DNA of 64,000 bases. It comes from an uncultured Verrucomicrobiae bacterium. Lineage in GTDB: Bacteria; Verrucomicrobiota; Verrucomicrobiia; Chthoniobacterales; JAFAMB01. Positions 1-7,178 of the stretch are shown here, in pieces. The stretch lies in NCBI GenBank assembly GCA_963813025.1, contig CAWEXO010000011.1:832001-896000 (forward strand). Direction: 5' to 3'. Numbering within the stretch: the stretch's first letter is position 1; each line of letters starts with the position of its first letter. The notes beneath the pieces are model-generated. The model was not told where the DNA came from. It saw only the letters and a program-made list of their open reading frames with translations, and ran no database searches. The translations under genes were made by a program, and so were the position numbers.

Positions 1-575
1 GGCGGATTCCGATCGAGGGTCGAACCCTGCGTTAAATCTTCGTAAGATGTCACCAGAGATTCAAAGGCGGGCAGCGAGTTCTCGAAGCTCGACTGGTCCC
101 GTGCCGATAAGGTAATAAAATCGATCGTCTTGCGGCCCTGGACATAAGCAGTGGCCTCAAAATTGTTGAATTGATCGCCGGTAAAGTAGTAGACGCGCGC
201 TTTGCTGGCGTCCTGTGTTGTCAGGGTCCGCACATAATGAGCTTGAACACCGAGGCTGCCTTGGGCACGGAATGCGCTCAGGGTGTCTTTCACCTGGTCC
301 TGGATCGTGTGGATCGAATTCTTCATCGTTCGGACACGCACGTAGCAGACGGTCTTGCTGGTGTCCCATTGGGAGTCTTTCGGGTAGAAAACGACATTGA
401 GTCCCTGGTCCCGGCCAACTTGATTGTCCAAGACCCAGCCGTGAGGGGCTTTCACTTCGAACGCGTAACCTTGTCCGTTGACGACCGTGTATCCTTCGAG
501 GATCTGCTCAGCCAGCAGGGCGGTCGGGAAAAGTAGTACGAGGAGTGCGGCAGAAAGAGAGAACTTCGAAGTCAC
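1..575 (-). CDS. Secreted hypothetical protein, 3' end runs off the window
   Basis: Manual translation from GTG at 575: MTSKFSLSAALLVLLFPTALLA-EQILEGYTVVNGQGYAFEVKAPHGWVLDNQ... Signal-peptide-like N-terminus and open to position 1. Absent from the ORF track because no stop falls in the window. Confidence 0.75.
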   Translation of the reverse strand, partial: MTSKFSLSAALLVLLFPTALLAEQILEGYTVVNGQGYAFEVKAPHGWVLDNQVGRDQGLNVVFYPKDSQWDTSKTVCYVRVRTMKNSIHTIQDQVKDTLSAFRAQGSLGVQAHYVRTLTTQDASKARVYYFTGDQFNNFEATAYVQGRKTIDFITLSARDQSSFENSLPAFESLVTSYEDLTQGSTLDRNP

Positions 576-695
576 TTGTCAGATATCAATCGATGGGATG
601 GTCACGACGGCCAACAAGGGCGTCAGCGGTGAGATTTTAGCTGAACAGTGGAAAGGTGCAACCACGCTTCCTGGTCGATTGAGCTGTGCACATCG

Positions 696-872
696 CCTGG
701 CATAACAAATTGGACAGCGAACGCGCTATCGAAGGCCTCGATCGTCATATTCCTACCTCACCCCGACCCTCCGGGACGGGATCTTCATTGATGACGCCAT
801 ACATCGTCCCTGCAGGACTAATACATTGTCCGCGCGCACTCCAAGACACTCCTCCGAAGTTATCGCGTCAGG
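696..872. ncRNA. Candidate structured RNA (rod-like, 6S-like size), strand uncertain
   Basis: Nested complementary segments 696-706/859-872, 710-714/840-844, 722-726/832-836, 743-748/791-796, 762-769/773-780 in an intergenic region. Confidence 0.35.
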
Positions 873-919
873 TCTAAACCTTACCTTCAACTGTCCAATG
901 GTGGTACGCTCAAGGCACA

Positions 920-1684
920 ATGTGCCTCGAACGCCTGAAGCTGATAGTCGCCTTCGACGGTCGGAACTTCAGCGGCTGGCAAAGCCAACCGAATCGGAAC
1001 GGGATCCAGGACCACCTGATCGCCGCTTTCGACAGAATTCTCGGACAGAGATCGGCAGCTACATCTGGTGTCAAAGTCCACGGCGCCGGCCGCACCGACG
1101 CCGGGGTCCACGCGTTGGCTCAAGTCGCACACGCTGATGTGCCCGTTGGCCGGTTGACTTCCACCGCCTGGCGAAACTCACTGAACGCGGTACTATCCCC
1201 GGAGATCAGGATTATCGGGGTCCGGCCAGTGCCCTTTTCCTTTCACGCGCAGCATTCCGCTGAGGGGAAGGTATACCGCTACCGGATCTGGGTCGGTCAA
1301 GTCCTTCCTCCTCTTGAGTTGGGAAGAGCCTGGCATGTGCCGCAACCTATGTCGTTAGAGGCGCTGCTGGCGGCGGCGGCTCTGCTGGAGGGAACCCACG
1401 ACTTCGCGTCATTCGCGGCCAACCGGGGTCATCCTGAAAAATCTACTGTCCGAACGCTCTTTCGCGTAAAAATCCGGAAGCGCGGTTCGCTTCTGTGGTT
1501 AGAGTTTGCCGGAACAGGTTTTCTTTATCGAATGGTTCGGATGCTTACGGGAAGCCTGATCCAGGTTAGCTGCGGTCGTTCGGGCCAGGAGTGGTTCAAA
1601 GACTTGTTCGAAAACCCGGGAAAGCGAAAGACCAACTATCTGGCTCCCGCTCACGGACTGTACCTGGTGCGCGTGATCTATTAG
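920..1684 (+). CDS. truA: tRNA pseudouridine(38-40) synthase
   Basis: AFDGRNFSGWQ, GAGRTDAGVHA catalytic motif, GTHDFASF, GFLYRMVR, APAHGLYL. Confidence 0.97.
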   Translation: MCLERLKLIVAFDGRNFSGWQSQPNRNGIQDHLIAAFDRILGQRSAATSGVKVHGAGRTDAGVHALAQVAHADVPVGRLTSTAWRNSLNAVLSPEIRIIGVRPVPFSFHAQHSAEGKVYRYRIWVGQVLPPLELGRAWHVPQPMSLEALLAAAALLEGTHDFASFAANRGHPEKSTVRTLFRVKIRKRGSLLWLEFAGTGFLYRMVRMLTGSLIQVSCGRSGQEWFKDLFENPGKRKTNYLAPAHGLYLVRVIY

Positions 1685-1722
1685 TTACGAGTCCTCGAGT
1701 CCCGAGCGACGCAGGCGGAGCG

Positions 1723-2142
1723 TTAAGGCGACAAAATTGAATCCAGATAGCTTTGCAGAAGGATCTGCGCCGCAACCTGATCAATGACTTTCCTACTTTT
1801 CCGAGAATTCTTGCCCGCCGATCGCAAAGCTTTTTGCGCTTCCGCGGTTGTGAGGCGTTCGTCCCAGAGAACAATCTGGCAAGCAGGCAGAGCCTCGGTC
1901 AGCTTGCGTTTGAATTCTTCGGCCTTTTGAGCAGCTGGGCCGCGCGTACCGTCCAGCTTGAGCGGTAACCCGATAACAATTCCGCCGATCCGTTCACGTT
2001 CGGCAATCGACCGGAGCTCGGGCACTAGTCCCGGGCCGCTCTCCAGGGTGCGGAAGGGCAAAGCTACCCCCGTAAACTCATCGGATAAAGCCAACCCGAC
2101 CCGGACATCCCCGAGATCGAGACCCAGCCAGCGTTCACTCAT
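1723..2142 (-). CDS. yqgF: YqgF/RuvX family nuclease (pre-16S rRNA processing)
   Basis: LGLDLGDVRVGLALSD, IVIGLP, WDERLTT, IDQVAAQILLQSYLD. Confidence 0.95.
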   Translation of the reverse strand: MSERWLGLDLGDVRVGLALSDEFTGVALPFRTLESGPGLVPELRSIAERERIGGIVIGLPLKLDGTRGPAAQKAEEFKRKLTEALPACQIVLWDERLTTAEAQKALRSAGKNSRKSRKVIDQVAAQILLQSYLDSILSP

Positions 2143-3200
2143 TGGAGATTCTCAGGCAGAGTGGCCACCAAGTGCTTCAGGCGCTCAACTTCGTGCCGGT
2201 TACACACCAGAATCGCATCACGAGTCTGGACAACAATCAATCCGTTCACCCCGAGCAGCGCGACATGCGCTCCGGAATCAGAGAAAACGATATTTTGCGA
2301 AGCATCCTCGGCGGTCAATTGGCAATTGGTTGCATTTTCGCCGGGAAAAGAGTCGAGATATTTGGCGATCGCCGTCCAATTCCCCACATCATCCCACTCG
2401 AAACTGGCCGGCTGCACGAGAACCCGGCGCGCCTTTTCCATGATCGCGTAATCGATGGAGATCTTGCGCAGCTTAGGAAATCTCTCGCGGACGACCTGCG
2501 CTCGATTGGGAGTATGGCGGAGGGCCGAGGCAAACTCCGCCAGATCCGGTGCATGTCGATTCAACTCGGCCAGAATCGCTTTGATCGTCCAGAGAAAGAT
2601 CCCGGCATTCCAGTAAAAATTGTGGCTTCGAACAAAACTCTCCGCCAGGTCCGGATTGGGTTTTTCGCGAAAGCGCTGCACTTCGTAGATCTCGGGGCCA
2701 AGATCGGACAAGCGGCGGCCGCGTTCAATATAGCCAAAACCAGGGCAAGCCCAGGTTGGCGTGATCCCGATCGTCACGAGATCGCCGGTAGCCGAGGCAA
2801 CCGAGGCAGCAGAGACGAGATCTCCACGAAAAGCGGATGCGTCTGGGATACGATGATCGGCCGGTAACACTACCATCGTCGCGCTGTCATCGCGCCCGGC
2901 GACGAGACCGACTCCAAGAGCGATGGCTGCGGCGGTATCCCGTTTGGCCGGTTCAGAGAATATGTTCTCCACCGGATGTTTGGGAAGAAGTTGCCGAACG
3001 GTGCGCTCCTGTTCCTCGTTCGTTAGAATGAGAATGTTTTCTGCAGGAAGTAATCCATCGAGCCGCGCCACCGTTTCTTCCAGGAGCGTGCGATCGCCAA
3101 ATAAGCGAAGTAGTTGCTTCGGGGAGGTCTTGCGGCTGAGCGGCCAGAAACGCATGCCGCTTCCTCCGGCCAGGATTAGTGCGTATAGAGAAGTGGACAC
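2139..3200 (-). CDS. manC: Mannose-1-phosphate guanylyltransferase
   Basis: ILAGGSGMRFWPLSR..PKQLL, EPAKRDTAAAI, FREKP, WNAGIF, SIDYAIMEK, WDDVGNW. Confidence 0.93.
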   Translation of the reverse strand: MSTSLYALILAGGSGMRFWPLSRKTSPKQLLRLFGDRTLLEETVARLDGLLPAENILILTNEEQERTVRQLLPKHPVENIFSEPAKRDTAAAIALGVGLVAGRDDSATMVVLPADHRIPDASAFRGDLVSAASVASATGDLVTIGITPTWACPGFGYIERGRRLSDLGPEIYEVQRFREKPNPDLAESFVRSHNFYWNAGIFLWTIKAILAELNRHAPDLAEFASALRHTPNRAQVVRERFPKLRKISIDYAIMEKARRVLVQPASFEWDDVGNWTAIAKYLDSFPGENATNCQLTAEDASQNIVFSDSGAHVALLGVNGLIVVQTRDAILVCNRHEVERLKHLVATLPENLQ

Positions 3201-3210
3201 GACGGATTAT

Positions 3211-3470
3211 AGCTGAACAGCTGAGCAGGGGACAGTCAATTGAGCGGCGGGAGCGGCGGGAGCGGTTTCAGCGGCCGGATGTAGCGCAAGAGCAGTGGGA
3301 GCTGGCAGTTGGTCGAAAGCGCACCCATTGAACAGATGTCGCGATGCCGTTCCAAAAGCCGTTGAAACAAATCTGGCAACTTTTGAAACTGTCCAGCTAC
3401 ATCCCTCCGCTGAAACCGCTCCCGCCGCTCCCTCCGCTCAATTGACTGTCCCCTGCTCAGTTGTTCAGCT
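3211..3470. repeat. Palindromic MITE/REP-like element, copy 1 (~75-bp inverted arms, ~110-bp core)
   Basis: 3211-3285 is the near-perfect reverse complement of 3396-3470. Core motif CAATTGAGCGG(A/C)GGGAGCGGCGGGAGCGGTTTCAGCGG. Confidence 0.9.
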
Positions 3471-3764
3471 GCCAAGCGCATCTTCCTGCAAACCGGAATC
3501 CTCCCGAATCGACCGTAAACGCCGGCGAACCCCCAAGCGTGAGCGGGGTCCGTTCACCAGGTCGACGACCACCGCGATGACCAGGGGCGCGGTGGTGAGG
3601 GCCGCAAAGACGAATATGCTGACGACCGCCGGACTACGTTTTCGTTCTTCGATCTTACTAGCCAGCAAAACGCCGAGAGCGCAGCCTATCGCCGTTTGCG
3701 ACAATGAGAGCAATGCAGCCGAAGAAACGGTCAATGCGACAGGTTTACTTGGATCGGAACTCAT
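3465..3764 (-). CDS. Small hypothetical membrane protein (2 predicted TM segments)
   Basis: 99-aa ORF with two hydrophobic stretches and a basic C-terminus. Fills the gap between two repeat elements. Confidence 0.7.
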   Translation of the reverse strand: MSSDPSKPVALTVSSAALLSLSQTAIGCALGVLLASKIEERKRSPAVVSIFVFAALTTAPLVIAVVVDLVNGPRSRLGVRRRLRSIREDSGLQEDALGS

Positions 3765-3770
3765 ACTGGA

Positions 3771-4018
3771 CAGCTGACAGATGATCAGCTGTGAGTCAAT
3801 CGAGCGGAGGGAGCGGCGGGAGCGGTTTCAACGGAGGGAGATAGCTGAACAGCTCAGAAGTTTCAGCTGGGATCCAACGGCTTTGAAAAGAGATGCGATG
3901 TTTGTTCGACCGATCGGCCTGAGATTGATTGTCAACTCCCGCTGCTCTCGCGCTACCTTCCGCCGCTGAAACCGCTCCGACCGCTCAAATGACTGACACC
4001 TGAAGAGCTGGCCAGCTG
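3771..4018. repeat. Palindromic MITE/REP-like element, copy 2 (inverted relative to copy 1)
   Basis: Homologous over its length to the reverse complement of 3211-3470, including core blocks CAACGGCTTT and CTCCC(A/G)CTGCTCT(T/C)GCGCTAC. Bounded by CAGCTG. Confidence 0.85.
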
Positions 4019-4385
4019 CCTAGAACAGCTCAGAAGTTTCAACTGAGATCCAACGGCTTTGAAAAGAGATGTGATGTTTGATCGACCGATGGGCCTTAGA
4101 TTAATCGTCAACTCCCGCTGCTCTCGCGCTACCTTCCGCCGCTGAAACCGCTCCGACCGCTCAAATGACTGACACCTGAAGAGCTGGCCAGCTGCCTAGA
4201 ACAGCTCAGAAGTTTCAACTGAGATCCAACGGCTTTGAAAAGAGATGTGATGTTTGATCGACCGATGGGCCTTAGATTAATCGTCAACTCCCGCTGCTCT
4301 CGCGCTACCTTCCGCCGCTGAAACCGCTCCCACTGCTCCCACCGCTCAAATGACTGACACCTGTTAAACTGGCCAGCTGCCTAGA
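3847..4385. repeat. Tandem repeat, three ~176-bp units
   Basis: Units start GAACAGCTCAGAAG at 3847, 4023 and 4199. Units 2 and 3 are almost identical; unit 3 has a short insertion near its end. Confidence 0.95.
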
Positions 4386-5316
4386 TTTCCCAGGACCAAT
4401 CGCGTGGCCACGGAGCGCTCGTCTGGCTGTCGCGATTGCGTTTATCGGTAATCCGAATCTGGTTTTTTTCGTTCGTCACTAAAGAGTTCGGGGCGACGCT
4501 TTCCATCAAGAAAACATTGCCGCCAATCGTGGATCGCGCGCCAATTACCGTCTCTCCTCCCAAGATCGTCGCATTGGGGTAAATCGTTACCCAATCTTCA
4601 ACATTGGGGTGGCGCTTCCCTCCCTTCTTGATCTTACCGTGTTCGTCCTTCTGAAAGCTGCGGGCCCCCAAGGTTACGCCATGATAAAGCTTCACATGCG
4701 CCCCGATTTCACAGGTCTCACCGATAACCACGCCAGTACCATGATCGATAAAGAAGTAGCTCCCGATTTTTGCGCCCGGATGGATGTCGATCCCGGTGCG
4801 GCTATGCGCCCACTCGGTCATCATCCGAGGAATGAGAGGGAGTTTTTCCTGGTAAAGAACGTGAGCCAATCGTTGGATGGCGATCGTTTCGAGGCAAGGA
4901 TAGCTGACGATGATCTCTTCGTAGCTGGTGCTGGCTGGATCGCCTTCGTAAGCGGCCTCGACATCTGTTCGCAGAACATTGCGGATGGCGGGTAACTGCT
5001 GCAGCAAGTGAAGGACAACCTCGTCGGCACGGCGGCTGGGGCATTTCGGCTCCTGCACGCGCAGGCTCTTAAAGGCTTCTTCCCGCAATCGGCCGGCGAC
5101 ATTTAGCAGACGCTCGGAAGTGATCTGTTGGATCTCGGCATTGGCAATCGGCTCCTCATCGTGAAAGCCTGGAAAAAGGATCTGCAGCAGAAGCGCGCAG
5201 ATCTGCTCGATCGCTCGCTTGGATGGCAGATTCGATCCGTCGATATTGTTGATCCCACCGATAGCGCGGTAGGAGTAGAGCACATCAGCGATCAAAGGAA
5301 TAATGCGCTTCTCCAT
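4381..5316 (-). CDS. cysE: Serine O-acetyltransferase (long CysE/EpsC type)
   Basis: DVEAAYEGDPA, TGIDIHPGAKIG, FFIDHGTGVVIGET, GVTLGA, KRHP. Start placed at ATG 5316 (MEKRIIPL). Confidence 0.92.
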   Translation of the reverse strand: MEKRIIPLIADVLYSYRAIGGINNIDGSNLPSKRAIEQICALLLQILFPGFHDEEPIANAEIQQITSERLLNVAGRLREEAFKSLRVQEPKCPSRRADEVVLHLLQQLPAIRNVLRTDVEAAYEGDPASTSYEEIIVSYPCLETIAIQRLAHVLYQEKLPLIPRMMTEWAHSRTGIDIHPGAKIGSYFFIDHGTGVVIGETCEIGAHVKLYHGVTLGARSFQKDEHGKIKKGGKRHPNVEDWVTIYPNATILGGETVIGARSTIGGNVFLMESVAPNSLVTNEKNQIRITDKRNRDSQTSAPWPRDWSWEI

Positions 5317-5350
5317 CGGCGGATATCTTAGAGCATGATCGGAGAGTTCG

Positions 5351-6439
5351 CTACTGCTCGAGATGGGCGCCTTGGGAGGCTCGTGTGAGAATTTGGCTGC
5401 AGGTTGCGTGAGTCCTTTGCGTGTAGTCACTGGAGAGCTTCTCCATGATCGCCGGAGCCTGATCCAGGCGGACCAGCGAGATCGTCGAGCCGCCAAAACC
5501 ACCCCCGGTCAACCGTGAGCCCAGCACTCCAGGAATAGAAGCGGCGATGTCAACCAAGGCGTCGAGATGGGTTGTGCTATTCTCGAAACTTGTCCGGGAA
5601 CTGGCGTGCGATTGAAACATCAGTTGCCCAAACCGTTCGACATCGCCGGCGCGCAATGCGGTTGCTCCGGCCATGACTCTTTCATTTTCGCCAGTGATGT
5701 GGAGAGCGCGCCGCGCGAGGAGTGGTTCGAGTTGGGCCGCTTTTACCTGGGCCGAAGTCACCTCCCGAAGGCTGGGCACCTCGAGAAGCTCGGCCGCTGC
5801 CATACATTCAGCGTGACGCTGGTTGTACTCGCCACCAGTCAGTTCATGTGGAACACCGGAATTGGTGATAAGAAGCCCTAAACCCGGCGCTAAGGGTATC
5901 GTCTCCACCGAGGTCTTCTGGAAATCGAGAAGGATAACGTGGTCAAGCTGTCCGAACACCGATGAGGCTTGATCTAACAAACCACTTTGCACACCAACAA
6001 ACTCGTTCTCGGCGCGGCGGCAGACTTGGGCGAGAGTCATCGGATCGAGCGAAAAATCAAAAAGACGGCTCACCGCAAGACCCGTTGCCACTTCCAACGC
6101 GGCCGAGCTAGAGAGTCCGGCGCCAACCGGGAGATTAGCCGCGACCCGCAGTTCTATTCCGCTGATCGGCGCACCCATCTCGCTCAAGAATTTTATCACT
6201 CCGAGAGGGTAATTAGCCCATGATTCGCTTTTGCTTGGTGCTTTGAGGGGGAGATTCACTGCTAGAGAGCGCCCGTTGGTCTCCGAGCTAACTGCGACGA
6301 GATTATCCGGACGAGTGAGCCCGGCCACGGTCACACCTAGATGAATAGCCGCAGAAAGGACAAGGCCGCTATTGTAGTCAGTATGATTGCCCAAAAGCTC
6401 GACGCGGCCCGGGGCAAAGGAGGAAACGCGGTTAGGCAT
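5351..6439 (-). CDS. galK: Galactokinase
   Basis: APGRVELLGNHTDYN, PVGAGLSSSAALE, SGLLDQ, GSRLTGGGFGG. Confidence 0.93.
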   Translation of the reverse strand: MPNRVSSFAPGRVELLGNHTDYNSGLVLSAAIHLGVTVAGLTRPDNLVAVSSETNGRSLAVNLPLKAPSKSESWANYPLGVIKFLSEMGAPISGIELRVAANLPVGAGLSSSAALEVATGLAVSRLFDFSLDPMTLAQVCRRAENEFVGVQSGLLDQASSVFGQLDHVILLDFQKTSVETIPLAPGLGLLITNSGVPHELTGGEYNQRHAECMAAAELLEVPSLREVTSAQVKAAQLEPLLARRALHITGENERVMAGATALRAGDVERFGQLMFQSHASSRTSFENSTTHLDALVDIAASIPGVLGSRLTGGGFGGSTISLVRLDQAPAIMEKLSSDYTQRTHATCSQILTRASQGAHLEQ

Positions 6440-6644
6440 GAGCTGGATTTCTATCCATTAACGAGCGCATCTAGTCAAGCCGGCTGCGGGTGGAAGAAGC
6501 CTGACGAGCAACGGCCGGAACAGCGCCGGGTCGCTCGCTCCGCCCGGGTCGATAGCAGCACGGCTCAGCTCGGGACAAACGGTTAGTTTCAGATAATCCG
6601 AACTATCCAATCCACGGGGTTCTCATTGTTCAAGGACTCTAGAC

Positions 6645-6673
6645 TTGCAAATGGATAAACAGGAGCATAACTT
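6645..6673 (+). promoter_or_regulatory. Putative sigma70 promoter, possibly leaderless, for the 6680 gene
   Basis: TTGCAA (6645-6650), 17 nt, TAACTT (6668-6673), then 6 nt to GTG 6680. Confidence 0.5.
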
Positions 6674-6679
6674 GCGCCT

Positions 6680-7093
6680 GTGAAATTATCTTCCTCCACT
6701 TTAAGAAAAGCGGCCGAGCTGCAGGAAAGGATCGAGCAGTTAGAGAGTCAATTGCGCGAAATATTCAAAACAGGGGAGGAGAATTTGGTAACTCAAGAGG
6801 TACGTCCTGCCGCCAGCCCGGTTCGTCGCCGCGGTCGTCGGAAGACCGAACCATCGGGAACCGTCCGCGGGCGGGGCCGGCGTTCGACTTCCCCGACTGG
6901 GCCTTTAGCGCCCGCCGTGGTGAAGGTGCTCAAGGCAAAGGGATCACCGATGGGAGTTTCCGATATTCTCAGTGGCTTGTTGAGCAACGGCTACAAGTTC
7001 AATTCGCCCGAACCAAAGAAAAACTTATTTGCGCGGATCTATCGCTTAAAAGGCGTGAAACAGGTCGGACCCGGTAGGTTTGCGGCGGCATAG
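6680..7093 (+). CDS. Small basic protein: coiled coil, Arg-rich linker, putative winged HTH (candidate nucleoid-associated protein)
   Basis: LRKAAELQERIEQLESQLREIF heptads, RRRGRRK/RGRGRR linker, and a C-terminal helix-helix-helix-wing pattern (VVKVLKAKGSPMGVSDILSGLLSNGY...VKQVGPGRF). Confidence 0.75.
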   Translation: MKLSSSTLRKAAELQERIEQLESQLREIFKTGEENLVTQEVRPAASPVRRRGRRKTEPSGTVRGRGRRSTSPTGPLAPAVVKVLKAKGSPMGVSDILSGLLSNGYKFNSPEPKKNLFARIYRLKGVKQVGPGRFAAA

Positions 7094-7178
7094 TTTCTCC
7101 TCAGAAAATCGAGCGGTCGTCTTGCTTGGCTGGCGGGGTTTTCTAACGGGTTTCGGCGGTAAGATCTCAGCGCCAGAT

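Noticed and set aside
171..536. 121-aa plus-strand ORF
   Set aside because: Shadow of the minus-strand signal-peptide gene at 1-575.
3236..3969. ORFs 3236-3481(-), 3295-3777(+) and 3781-3969(+) as genes
   Set aside because: They are translations of the palindromic element (ERRERRER / PLPPLPPL come from the 9-mer repeats) or antisense to the 99-aa gene. Frames are not conserved between copies.
3847..4385. 176-bp repeats as a CRISPR array
   Set aside because: Units are near-identical along their whole length with no unique spacers, the period is too long, and there are no cas genes.
5317..5502. N-terminal extensions in the ORF track for cysE (also rpsA, grpE, STAS, GT4, mdtB)
   Set aside because: They overlap neighbouring genes or promoters and lack family similarity; downstream starts fit better.
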